A DNA stretch of 64,000 bases, taken from contig JANOYY010000013.1 in NCBI GenBank assembly GCA_031429095.1, positions 13,719 through 77,718 on the forward strand, read 5' to 3'. Source of the DNA: Acidimicrobiia bacterium (GTDB lineage Bacteria; Actinomycetota; Acidimicrobiia; Acidimicrobiales; JANYDT01). Below the pieces are notes generated by a model that was not told the origin of the DNA, did not search any database, and saw only the letters and a list, made by a program, of their open reading frames with translations. Positions within the stretch are counted from its first letter, which is position 1. Every line of letters begins with the position of its first letter. This document shows positions 54,151 to 63,034 of the stretch, piece after piece. A program made the position numbers and the translations under genes.

Positions 54151-55666
54151 GAACACCAGCCACGAAGGGCGGCCGGGCCAGTCATTCGAAGAAGGCACTC
54201 AGGCGCAGCGCACGAATGCGACCGATACGGCACTCGCAATTCGTAACGCCGGGAGCCTCGGTTCTTCGCTGTTCATTACCGCATTCCTCGGTTTCCTTGT
54301 GCAGTTCCTCTACCAAGATCTGCTGGGTACGTCGAAGGCAGGACGCGTGGGCGGGGCCGAGTCGCTCTCGATTTTGCTGCTCGGCCTCTTAACGTTTGGG
54401 GTCGATACCTATGCGCGCAAAGAAGTTGCCCTACAACGTTCGTCGGCGAAGACATTTGTTTCCGGTGTGGTCGTCTTTCGTGGGGTTTGCACGCTGGCGA
54501 TCATCGCGATGGCCGCAATCGCCCTTGCGCTGGTCAATCGACCGTCTGAGGTGGTTTGGCTCTTCGTGCTGTTCGGCCTTTCACGGTTCCTGGTGCAGAC
54601 CAACGAACTCTTGTTGGCGTGCCTCCAAGCGATCGGTGAAGTCTCGGGTGTCGCTCGTGTAAACGTCGCTGCGAAAATCATGTGGGCGGTCCTGGTCATC
54701 GTCGGTGTCCGATCGCGAATCGGGGCCTTTGCGGTGCCAGCCGGTTGGGTAATCGCCGAAGCGTTTCGTTGCGTGATGTTAGGTATTCGTGCGCATAGCA
54801 ATCTGGGGGTCGTCGACGTTCCCATCAGACGAACCACGCGAATGGTCCTCCAGGCGAGCTTCGCGTTCACGGCAGGAGCCATCATTGCGAACTGGTCGAC
54901 CTTCTTCGACGTGACGTTGATCTCGTTTTGGTTTGACGACGTCGAAGTCGGCCTCTACCGATACGCCCAGAACATTGCTGGCCTTGCCTTTCTGGTCGGG
55001 ACTGTCTTGCCCTGGGTCCTCATGCCCCTGTCGTCGCGTGCTCGGGAGCGTTCCCTGGAAGACTTTTTGGTCATCATGCGTCGATCGTTGCAGCTCGTAC
55101 TCACGCTGGCGATTCCGGGCGCAGTCTTGCTCTCCCTAAATGCTGACACCATCGTGTCGACGCTTGGCCCGGAGTGGGCGCGTGCGGTGCCGGCCCTGCG
55201 AATACTTGCCTTCACGGTGATCGCGACCTACGTGATCATGGCAACGATGACGTTTCTCGTCGTGGAAGATCGAGCCTGGCTCACCGTACGCCTGGGGCTC
55301 TATGGCGTCATCATCGATATCCTTCTCAATTTGATTTTGCTTCACGGCGGGCGTTCGCGATTTGGCGTCGGTGGCGCGGGGACGACTGCCGCATCAATAG
55401 CGGTGTGCGCGGAGTTCATCGTCGCAGGGCTGTGTCTGCGGGCCCTCGGTCCGAGTGCGTGGGACCGGCGATCGGTTTCTGCGATCGGGCGGGTGATTGT
55501 TTGCGCGATGTCTGTGGCGGTGATCGATCGGTTTCTGGCCGAAAAAGGCCTCAGGTGGCCACGCTTGGCAACCGATGCAGTTCTGTACGTGGGTCTGCTG
55601 TTCTTGAGCGGCGCGGTAAAACTGAACGAACTGAAAGACATTTTGATGAAACACGAACGCACATGA
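54134..55666 (+). CDS. Polysaccharide flippase (Wzx/MOP superfamily)
   Basis: About 12 hydrophobic segments with a typical oligosaccharide flippase layout. Start taken as the GTG at 54134, overlapping the end of the GT26 gene. The track ORF starts at 54017. Confidence 0.75.
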   Translation: MSTTPENTSHEGRPGQSFEEGTQAQRTNATDTALAIRNAGSLGSSLFITAFLGFLVQFLYQDLLGTSKAGRVGGAESLSILLLGLLTFGVDTYARKEVALQRSSAKTFVSGVVVFRGVCTLAIIAMAAIALALVNRPSEVVWLFVLFGLSRFLVQTNELLLACLQAIGEVSGVARVNVAAKIMWAVLVIVGVRSRIGAFAVPAGWVIAEAFRCVMLGIRAHSNLGVVDVPIRRTTRMVLQASFAFTAGAIIANWSTFFDVTLISFWFDDVEVGLYRYAQNIAGLAFLVGTVLPWVLMPLSSRARERSLEDFLVIMRRSLQLVLTLAIPGAVLLSLNADTIVSTLGPEWARAVPALRILAFTVIATYVIMATMTFLVVEDRAWLTVRLGLYGVIIDILLNLILLHGGRSRFGVGGAGTTAASIAVCAEFIVAGLCLRALGPSAWDRRSVSAIGRVIVCAMSVAVIDRFLAEKGLRWPRLATDAVLYVGLLFLSGAVKLNELKDILMKHERT

Positions 55667-56706
55667 GCCAGACACCAAGTGAGTACGGTGCTGATGGCGG
55701 CGAACTCTTCGATCTGGGTCAAGGCAAGCTGTGGCTCGGGTTCGTGCTTCGCTCGATTCGGCGTCACCTCCGCTTGTTCCTTGCGACGTTTCTGGTCTTG
55801 GCGTCGCTCGGTATTGTCCTGACGCTTTCGGGATCGAAGCAGTACTACGCGGCCTCAAAGCTCCTTGCGGCACGTCGCGATTCGACGATCGGGACGATAA
55901 CCAATCCGAATAATGGCGGCGGCGACCCAACGAACGAAACGCCCGCCCAAGCGGCGGAGCAGGTCATCAAGTCTGACGCGAGCCTTATTCGGCTGGTGGA
56001 GGACCTGAAGCTTGTCGAGCGAGCCAACGTGGGTGAACCGCCGCTCGGAAAAGTGAAACGTGGCATTTTTGAGGCGATCTTTTCCAAGCCCGACCCGGTG
56101 ACACAAGAACGTGACATGGTCGGAAAACTCCGTGTTGCGTTGTCGGTCGCGACCAGTGATCGGGAGAGCGTCAAGAAGACCGTCGATCTGAGTGTGATCT
56201 GGCAGGATCCGTTGATCGCGAAGCAGATAGTGGATGCCGCCGGTTCAAGCTTCCTCCGCGATCGTCAAGACGCCGAAATCGAATCGATAACGAAGGCCCG
56301 CGATATCGCGGCCGAACAGCTGAAAAAGGAACAGGACAAGGTTGTGACCCTGCGCGACGAACTAGGGATTCCTGAGTTCGATGAACGGCCGGTGCCCGAG
56401 TCGTCACCGTTGAAGGGAGCGCTGGCCCGCGTCGATGACTACAGCCAACGAGTCCTGGACGCAGACACGCAGCTCAAGGCTGCTGCTGCATCCTTCCCGT
56501 CACGTTTCGCGGTCACAACGCCGGCTCAGCTCCCGGTAGCCCCGCTCAACGGGGGTCTTTCATCGTTGCTCATTCCCGTTCTCGCGAGCGCGATCGTCGG
56601 AGCATTTGTGACAACGTTGGCGGATGTACTTCGAGGACGTGTTGTCGAGCCGTGGCAGGTAACCCGGAGCACGGGGCTGCCGCTTCTTTCCGATTTGAAG
56701 AACTAG
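55663..56706 (+). CDS. Wzz/PCP-family chain-length determinant protein (no kinase domain)
   Basis: N-terminal TM (LRLFLATFLVLASLGIVLTL), a long extracytoplasmic coiled-coil region and a C-terminal TM (LLIPVLASAIVGAFVTTLA). The ATG at 55663 overlaps (ATGA) the flippase stop. Confidence 0.7.
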   Translation: MSQTPSEYGADGGELFDLGQGKLWLGFVLRSIRRHLRLFLATFLVLASLGIVLTLSGSKQYYAASKLLAARRDSTIGTITNPNNGGGDPTNETPAQAAEQVIKSDASLIRLVEDLKLVERANVGEPPLGKVKRGIFEAIFSKPDPVTQERDMVGKLRVALSVATSDRESVKKTVDLSVIWQDPLIAKQIVDAAGSSFLRDRQDAEIESITKARDIAAEQLKKEQDKVVTLRDELGIPEFDERPVPESSPLKGALARVDDYSQRVLDADTQLKAAAASFPSRFAVTTPAQLPVAPLNGGLSSLLIPVLASAIVGAFVTTLADVLRGRVVEPWQVTRSTGLPLLSDLKN

Positions 56707-56727
56707 TTCACCGATGAGAGGCCCCGA

Positions 56728-57984
56728 ATGACTCGCAAGGGCTATCTCGCGCTCGACGTTCTTCTGGCGACGCTGGCCACCCCGGCGGGGCTGGCCGGGA
56801 CGTATCTCGGCGCGCTTTCATTGCTTTCTTCAGCCCCGAAGCCCCGACCCGGGAAAACGTCGATTCGTTTCGCAGTTGTCGTGCCGGCACACAACGAGGC
56901 GCTTTGCATCGCGAACACGGTACGGAGTCTGGCGGAGGTTGATTATCCGCCAGCCAACATGCGCATCGTGGTTGTGGCCGACAACTGCACCGACGAAACG
57001 GCTGAGGTCGCTCGCCTGGCCGGGGCCGAAGTAATGACCCGCAATGACGCCAGCCGACGCGGAAAGGGTTACGCCCTCCACCTGGCGTTCGAGGAGTTGT
57101 TGGATCAACGAGACGTCAAATCGGTTCAGCCGGTTGATGCGGTTGTCGTGGTCGATGCCGACACGGTCGTGTCGCCGAACATCTTGCAGGCGTTTGCTGC
57201 CGGGCTGCTCGCCGGTGAACAGGTATTGCAGGCGACTTACCGAGTCGCCAACCACGACGCTACGTGGCGAACCTCGCTGATGGCCGTGGCATTTGCCTGC
57301 ATTCATGATGTGCGATCGATCGGCCGTGAACGCCTGGGTCTGTCGACGGGTCTGCGGGGCAATGGCATGTGTTTCTCTGCGGAGGCGCTTCGCCTAGTTC
57401 CACACCGGGCGGCATCGCTTGTTGAGGACGTTGAGCACGGTCTCGACCTTGGCGAAGCCGGTATTCGAGTTGCGTTCGTGCCCGAGGCCTCGGTCCATGC
57501 CGAAATGCCTGAGCATGCTGTGGAGTCGGCGAGTCAACGAGAACGTTGGGAGTTGGGTCGGGCGAAGTTGAAACGACAGCGACTTCCTCGACTGGTTCGA
57601 CGAGCGGCGGTCGATAGGGACCCCATACTCGCTGACCTCGCCATCGACCTCGCCATTGCGCCATTGGCTCGAGTGTCGCTTGTTTTGGGAGCGGCGATGG
57701 TGGGAAGTTCGCTGTGGCGCGGACTCGTTGGCCGGTGGCCGAAAGCGATCTGGCCAACGGGAGTCGGACTCGTCGGGCTCGTCGGCCACGTTGGCGTTGG
57801 ATGGCGACAATCGGGCACCGGCATGGCCGGGTTTCGGGCCCTTCTTCATATCCCGGGATACCTCTTGTGGAAGCTCGGTCTTCGTTCCTTGCGAACCTCG
57901 GGCCTTGAAAAAGTTCTTGTGAACGCCACCGGAGATGCCGAAGAGTGGGTGCGTACAAAACGCAACTCCGAACGAAGCCAGTGA
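56728..57984 (+). CDS. Membrane-embedded processive-type GT2 synthase (PgaC/NodC/cellulose-synthase-like)
   Basis: AVVVPAHNE, VVADNCTDET, VVVDADT, LVEDVE and QRERW (57535-57549) motifs, plus N- and C-terminal TM segments. Confidence 0.8.
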   Translation: MTRKGYLALDVLLATLATPAGLAGTYLGALSLLSSAPKPRPGKTSIRFAVVVPAHNEALCIANTVRSLAEVDYPPANMRIVVVADNCTDETAEVARLAGAEVMTRNDASRRGKGYALHLAFEELLDQRDVKSVQPVDAVVVVDADTVVSPNILQAFAAGLLAGEQVLQATYRVANHDATWRTSLMAVAFACIHDVRSIGRERLGLSTGLRGNGMCFSAEALRLVPHRAASLVEDVEHGLDLGEAGIRVAFVPEASVHAEMPEHAVESASQRERWELGRAKLKRQRLPRLVRRAAVDRDPILADLAIDLAIAPLARVSLVLGAAMVGSSLWRGLVGRWPKAIWPTGVGLVGLVGHVGVGWRQSGTGMAGFRALLHIPGYLLWKLGLRSLRTSGLEKVLVNATGDAEEWVRTKRNSERSQ

Positions 57985-58034
57985 ATTACCGACCTGTGAA
58001 CGCCGAACCATCAAATCCGGAAGAAACGAAACCG

Positions 58035-58535
58035 ATGTCAGAAGCCTCGAATGAAAAGATCGCGCCCGAAGCTTCTTTCGGGCCTCGCGAATGGATCTTG
58101 CAACCGGGCCAGTTCAACCAAATGCCCGATCGGTCATATCAGCAGCTGTGGTTTGAATTGCGAACATGGTCGTGGAAATCGCTGGCCGTTGTTCCAACCA
58201 TCGCGGGCGTGAGCGAACTCGATGTTGCCGAGAAACTCGTCGTCGTCGGCGTCGCGAACACGAACCGGCGGATGTCGCTGATTTCGGCGGAGGGGGCAAC
58301 CGTGTCCGACACCGACCGGGTGATCGCAATGATCCGCGCTGCGGAAGCTCGCGGCGACCGGGTGATCGTGGGAACGGACTCGATCATCGACAATCCATCG
58401 GCGGCCCCGATTATTCGAGCGGTGAACGGCACAATTCTCAGTGTGCGTCTGGGCAGTACCGAAAAGGCCGATGTGGAGCGCAGTGTTGCTGCGATCAATC
58501 GAAATCGCGTCATCGGCCTTGTGACGCGGAGTTGA
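58035..58535 (+). CDS. BY-kinase/ParA-fold-like protein with degenerate P-loop (putative pseudo-kinase)
   Basis: By eye it aligns with CapB/CpsD-type kinase cores: KSLAVVPTIAGVSE where KS.V.TS..PGEGKS is expected, VIVGTDSIID where IIDTPP is expected, and RVIGLVTRS where GvVLN is expected. There is no Walker A Lys and no C-terminal Tyr cluster. Confidence 0.5.
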   Translation: MSEASNEKIAPEASFGPREWILQPGQFNQMPDRSYQQLWFELRTWSWKSLAVVPTIAGVSELDVAEKLVVVGVANTNRRMSLISAEGATVSDTDRVIAMIRAAEARGDRVIVGTDSIIDNPSAAPIIRAVNGTILSVRLGSTEKADVERSVAAINRNRVIGLVTRS

Positions 58536-58572
58536 TCCGCAGTTGATCCGCAGTCCGCAGGTATCGGAACCG

Positions 58573-60906
58573 ATGAGTACGCAGTCATCATTGTTTCGCC
58601 GTCTGGCCGCAATCGTCGCCGTCTCGATCGCGCTGTTGGCGGCTTGTGGGTCAGCGACGAAGGACCCGTACGCCGATTCTCTTCTCTCGACGACGCTGCC
58701 GTCGTCCACAGTGCCGGGCGCCTTGCCGGACCCGCTCGACCCCCATGAATCCGGAACTGGCGTCAAAACCCCGGGTGTCTCGGCCCCGTCAGGGGGGTCG
58801 GCCCCGTCACTCGCTGAGACGCCGAGACGAGTTGTTCAGGTCGTGTACCAAAAGGGTATGCGGAGCGGTTGGAAGGACGTGGGTTGGGACCCGACCCGCA
58901 AGACCAAGAACGGTCCGGCCCGGATTGACCTGGGCAATGGCGGCGGGTGGCTCATAGCTGGGCAACCACCCTCGAACGCGACTGGGTTGGAGTTTCGATT
59001 TCGCATGCTACGCGACCTCGGTCCGGTCATTCGCATCATCGTGGGTTCCGCAGACGCAGAGAACATTGGGCGTGAACTTCGCCTGAACAGAGTGAAAGCC
59101 GACTCCGAGGGATGGGTGAAGGTTCGCATCCCTCTTTCCCAAATGAACCCGAAGGGCGTTGCGTTTTCTCAAGTCCGATTCGCGCCGGTGCGCCGGCTGC
59201 GCTCGCCAGCCACAGTGGAGATCGACGACTTCGTGTTCACGGCGGGTGGTTCGATGACGCGATATGGCTCAAGCGCGGGTGAGCAGTCCCCAGCTCCGAC
59301 GACGGTCGCTCGTCGCGCACAAAGCGATGTCGCAGCGGTGAGCAGCTTGAAGTCAGGTCTGCGGATTCCCGAAACTCAAAACATTGCCGTCGATTGCAAG
59401 GCAGATGAAAAACCAATAAGTCAACTTATCTATGGAATCGGTTGGGTGGGCGCGGGTGATCAGCCTGAACCACCGTGGGATTTGTACGCTGGGGCGAATC
59501 GCTGGGGCGGAAATCCGACGAGCCGATTCAACTGGAAACACGGAAACGCCTGGAACACGGCCAATGACTATTTCTTTCGCAACGTGCGCGTAGCCGACGC
59601 GGGCGAGAACGCCATGGACGTATTCCTCCAGTCCAATGAGGAGCACTCCGTGCCCAGCGCAGTAAGTGTTCCGACCCTCGGATGGGTCGCTAAGGACGTC
59701 GAGTCCTACTCGTTCCCGACATCGGAGTTTGGGCCACAGGCCCGGACCGATCCGGATATCGCTGACGCCGGAAATGGTGTTGGGAAAAAAAACTCGAAAC
59801 CGATTTTTCCCGGCAATCCACAACGCACGAGCGTTGCCTCATCCCCGGCGTCTATCACCAGTTGGGTCCAGTCGCAGCTGAGGGGTCGTGTCACGATGTA
59901 CTTTCTGGACAACGAACCCGATCTCTGGAATTCGACTCATCGCGATGTACGTCCGCAACCCCTCGGTTACGACGAACTGCTTCAGAACACAATCGATTAC
60001 GCGACGGCGATTCGAAAGGCAGACCCCGATGCCATTATCGCCGGGCCGTCCTCGTGGGGCTGGCCGGGCTACTTCTATTCGGCGGCGGACGCGGCTGCCG
60101 GCTTCAACAAGGCGCCCGACCGGAACGCGCATGGCGGTATGGCCCTGCTCCCCTGGTATCTGAAGGCTATGCGTACATATGAAATAAGGAACGACGTGAG
60201 GTTGCTCAATGTTCTCGACGTTCATTTTTATCCGGCGGCTACAGGCCTCTATACGCCGGGTGCGGAGAACGACGATCCAGCAATTGCTGCGAAGCGGCTT
60301 CGCTCAACGCACGGTCTTTGGGATCCGTCGTATGTTGATGAGTCATGGGTGGGCGAGGCCATCTACTTGATCCCACGCTTACGTCAGTGGATTGATCAAT
60401 ACGCCCCCGGGATCGGGATCTCGATCGGAGAGTGGAATTTTGGTGGCGAAACTCACATGAGCGGTGGACTCGCGGTTGCTGAAGCGCTCGGACGCTTCGG
60501 AGGCGAAGGGGTGACTTCGGCCTTCTATTGGACCGCTCCGCCCAAGGGTTCTCCTGCGTTCTGGGGGTTTCGAGCTTTTCGCAACTACGACGGCAAGGGT
60601 GCAAACTTCAATCGCTTGAGTATTCGAGCGCAGGGACGTTCGGGGTCGACAATCTCCTCGTTTGCATCACGAGATGACAGCGGTCACGAAGTCACCATGG
60701 TCCTCTTGAACAACTCGCCTTCGAACCCGGAGGTGGCGAAGGCGACCTTCTTGAACTGTCTCCGGCTCGAGTCGTACAAGACGTACACCTACACGGGCGA
60801 CGCGAATGGGTTTCGAGCCGACGACGAGTTGGGAGCCGTCAATGATTCGGTAACGCTCCGTTTGCCCCCGTATTCGATTACCGTGCTTCGAACCAGACTT
60901 CGATGA
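58573..60906 (+). CDS. Lipoprotein with a beta-sandwich (CBM-like) domain and a GH44-like clan-A glycoside hydrolase domain
   Basis: Lipobox LLAAC. NRWGGNPTSRFNW, YFLDNEPDLW and IGEWNFGG resemble GH44 signature and catalytic Glu motifs as I recall them. Start at the ATG at 58573. Confidence 0.6.
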   Translation: MSTQSSLFRRLAAIVAVSIALLAACGSATKDPYADSLLSTTLPSSTVPGALPDPLDPHESGTGVKTPGVSAPSGGSAPSLAETPRRVVQVVYQKGMRSGWKDVGWDPTRKTKNGPARIDLGNGGGWLIAGQPPSNATGLEFRFRMLRDLGPVIRIIVGSADAENIGRELRLNRVKADSEGWVKVRIPLSQMNPKGVAFSQVRFAPVRRLRSPATVEIDDFVFTAGGSMTRYGSSAGEQSPAPTTVARRAQSDVAAVSSLKSGLRIPETQNIAVDCKADEKPISQLIYGIGWVGAGDQPEPPWDLYAGANRWGGNPTSRFNWKHGNAWNTANDYFFRNVRVADAGENAMDVFLQSNEEHSVPSAVSVPTLGWVAKDVESYSFPTSEFGPQARTDPDIADAGNGVGKKNSKPIFPGNPQRTSVASSPASITSWVQSQLRGRVTMYFLDNEPDLWNSTHRDVRPQPLGYDELLQNTIDYATAIRKADPDAIIAGPSSWGWPGYFYSAADAAAGFNKAPDRNAHGGMALLPWYLKAMRTYEIRNDVRLLNVLDVHFYPAATGLYTPGAENDDPAIAAKRLRSTHGLWDPSYVDESWVGEAIYLIPRLRQWIDQYAPGIGISIGEWNFGGETHMSGGLAVAEALGRFGGEGVTSAFYWTAPPKGSPAFWGFRAFRNYDGKGANFNRLSIRAQGRSGSTISSFASRDDSGHEVTMVLLNNSPSNPEVAKATFLNCLRLESYKTYTYTGDANGFRADDELGAVNDSVTLRLPPYSITVLRTRLR

Positions 60907-60944
60907 GTCTTTGATTGAAAACCTTCGACCTGGAAAGGGTTCGT

Positions 60945-61172
60945 ATGTCCTTGGAATCGCTAATCGCTGCCGTCCTTGGCGTTGATGAGGCCAGCTTGAC
61001 CGACGAATCGGGGCGCGCAACTGTTACAGAGTGGGACAGCGTCGCTCAACTCAATGTGCTGTCGGCGATCGAAGAAACCTACGAGGTGATGTTCTCTTCG
61101 GTTGAAATGCGTGAGCTGAACACGATCAGGACAATTCGCGCGGCGTTGAAAGCGCAGGAGATCGACGGGTGA
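60945..61172 (+). CDS. Acyl carrier protein
   Basis: About 75 aa with TEWDSVAQLNVLSAIEETYEV, the phosphopantetheine Ser in a DS-hydrophobic context. An alternative TTG start lies at 60915. Confidence 0.7.
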   Translation: MSLESLIAAVLGVDEASLTDESGRATVTEWDSVAQLNVLSAIEETYEVMFSSVEMRELNTIRTIRAALKAQEIDG

Positions 61173-62866
61173 GCCTTCTCGCCCGGCGGTTGGCGTGGCA
61201 GAAGATCGAGCGGACCGACCGGGCGATAAATATGCGCGCATATCTTTTGGCCACCTTCACGGCGAATCCGCTAATTCCGTATCTTGGTTCGGCGCTTGTA
61301 GCCGGCGGTTTCGAGCCGTCGGTTGATGTTGGACCGTTCGACCAGATCCAGCAGACGCTGTTATTCGGATCCGTGCACAACGAAGCAGATGTAGTGGTCG
61401 TCTGGGCCCGTCTGGAGGAGCTGTGGGGGGGTGGGGCGTGGCCGTTGGTCGACGGCGATGCGGCGGCGGGCATTAGCGCACTCGTGGACGTCGGGGAGTT
61501 GTGCAGCCGGACGGCAGCGGAGCGCGGCGTCACGGTGGTGGTTGTTCTGCCAGGCGTTCCTGACTATGTGCCACTCGGGGTGGGAGATGCCGGCAACGAG
61601 TTTGGCGTGAGCGCGATGGCCGCTGAAGGTCGTGAGAGACTTCGTGCAACGTTGACGAATCGGCCTGGAGTGCTGGTATTCGATGCGGAAGCAGTGATCC
61701 GGGAGGTCGGAAGCGCAAACGTGCTCGACCATCGTCGGATGGCGGCAGCCACGATTCCCTACACCGAAGATCTGTTTGCGCGAGTCGCCGATGGGATCGC
61801 TCGCGTCCTCATGCTCGATCGCAAAGGAGCCAAGAAGGTTGCGGTCGTGGATGCGGACAACACGCTCTGGGGAGGCGTCGTAGGGGAGGACGGCGGAGCG
61901 GGGGTTGATTTAGCCGAGCAGGGACCCGGGATGTCGTACCGAGCCTTCCAGCGTTACTTGCTCGACCTCCGACGAGCGGGCACGATTCTGGCCGTTGCCA
62001 GTAAGAACAACGAGCCAGATGCCCTCGAAGTGTTCCAACGTCGAGAGATGCTGCTCGCCGTGGATGACCTTGCTGCCTGGCGGATCAACTGGGAACCGAA
62101 ATCGTCCAACATCGCGGACATGGCCGATGAACTCAATTTGGGAACGTCTTCGATGGTCTTTATCGACGACTCGGCCATGGAGCGTGCCGAGGTCCTCGCC
62201 AACCTCGCCGGAATCGTGACCCTTGAAATGCCGGAGGATCCTGCGGGTTGGTTCGATGCCATCGCTCGCTCGGGTGTTCTGGATCGGCTGCCGCCAACGA
62301 ACTCGGACCTTTCGCGTGCGCAATCGTACGCGCAGGAAACCCAGCGGGTACAGGCCCGCCAGGTCACTGATCTCGGTGCGTTCCTCGAGTCGCTGCAGTT
62401 GCGAGTCGGCTTGATCGAACCGAGTGCGAAGGATCTTGCTCGTTTGGCGCAGTTGGTTGCGAAAACAAATCAGTTCACCTTGGGCGGGTACCGGCACACG
62501 GAAGCCGAGATCGTTGCGATGGCGAACCTTGACGATGTGGTGCTTCGTCTCGTGCATGCGAAAGATAACTTCGGCGATTACGGTATTGTAGGTGCACTTA
62601 TAGTGTGTGGCAGCAATTCGCCCCAGCCCTCGCTGGACACGTTTGTTCTTTCCTGCCGGGCCATGGGGCGAGGAGTCGAAGACGCAATGCTTTCGGCAGC
62701 GCAACGGCTGGTCAACTTTGCGTTGTGTGTGCGACTCGTCGAAACTGAGAAGAATCGACCGATGCGGCAGTGGATCAGCCGTTATGGCGTGGACCCAGGG
62801 GAGCACGGGCAGATACAGCCATGTCCATGGCCGCTGCATGTCGCCAACGTTGATGCCATCGATTAG
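61169..62866 (+). CDS. FkbH-like HAD-IIIC phosphatase/acyl-loading protein
   Basis: VAVVDADNTLWGGVVGEDG (DxDxT), AVASKNNE and VFIDDS HAD motifs, with a C-terminal SCRAMGRGVE GNAT-like region. The GTG overlaps (GTGA) the ACP stop. Confidence 0.8.
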   Translation: MSLLARRLAWQKIERTDRAINMRAYLLATFTANPLIPYLGSALVAGGFEPSVDVGPFDQIQQTLLFGSVHNEADVVVVWARLEELWGGGAWPLVDGDAAAGISALVDVGELCSRTAAERGVTVVVVLPGVPDYVPLGVGDAGNEFGVSAMAAEGRERLRATLTNRPGVLVFDAEAVIREVGSANVLDHRRMAAATIPYTEDLFARVADGIARVLMLDRKGAKKVAVVDADNTLWGGVVGEDGGAGVDLAEQGPGMSYRAFQRYLLDLRRAGTILAVASKNNEPDALEVFQRREMLLAVDDLAAWRINWEPKSSNIADMADELNLGTSSMVFIDDSAMERAEVLANLAGIVTLEMPEDPAGWFDAIARSGVLDRLPPTNSDLSRAQSYAQETQRVQARQVTDLGAFLESLQLRVGLIEPSAKDLARLAQLVAKTNQFTLGGYRHTEAEIVAMANLDDVVLRLVHAKDNFGDYGIVGALIVCGSNSPQPSLDTFVLSCRAMGRGVEDAMLSAAQRLVNFALCVRLVETEKNRPMRQWISRYGVDPGEHGQIQPCPWPLHVANVDAID

Positions 62867-63034
62867 TCGTTGCGCGACACCCGACGAGGCGTTTGTGGGC
62901 GTGCATAGTCTTTTACGCGTTCGTCGTGTGATCACGCTTGCCCGGCACCCCTGTGGTTCGTGAACGGCGAACGTCGCCGGCGTCGTTCGGCTTTATGATT
63001 CTCATAGTGCTCGCTATCGGATCGTGCCGGAACA

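Noticed and set aside
55174-55662. N-terminal 163 codons of track ORF 55174..56706
   Set aside because: They are out of frame with, and overlap, the flippase gene. The Wzz-like protein starts plausibly at the ATGA-coupled ATG at 55663.
61910-62935. 341-aa minus-strand ORF
   Set aside because: It is antisense to the FkbH-like gene, which has clear HAD motifs. There are no motifs on the minus frame.
62962-62988. Imperfect inverted repeat (cggcga-acg-tcgccg core) downstream of the FkbH-like gene
   Set aside because: The stem is short and there is no T-run. It may be a terminator but cannot be supported from sequence alone.
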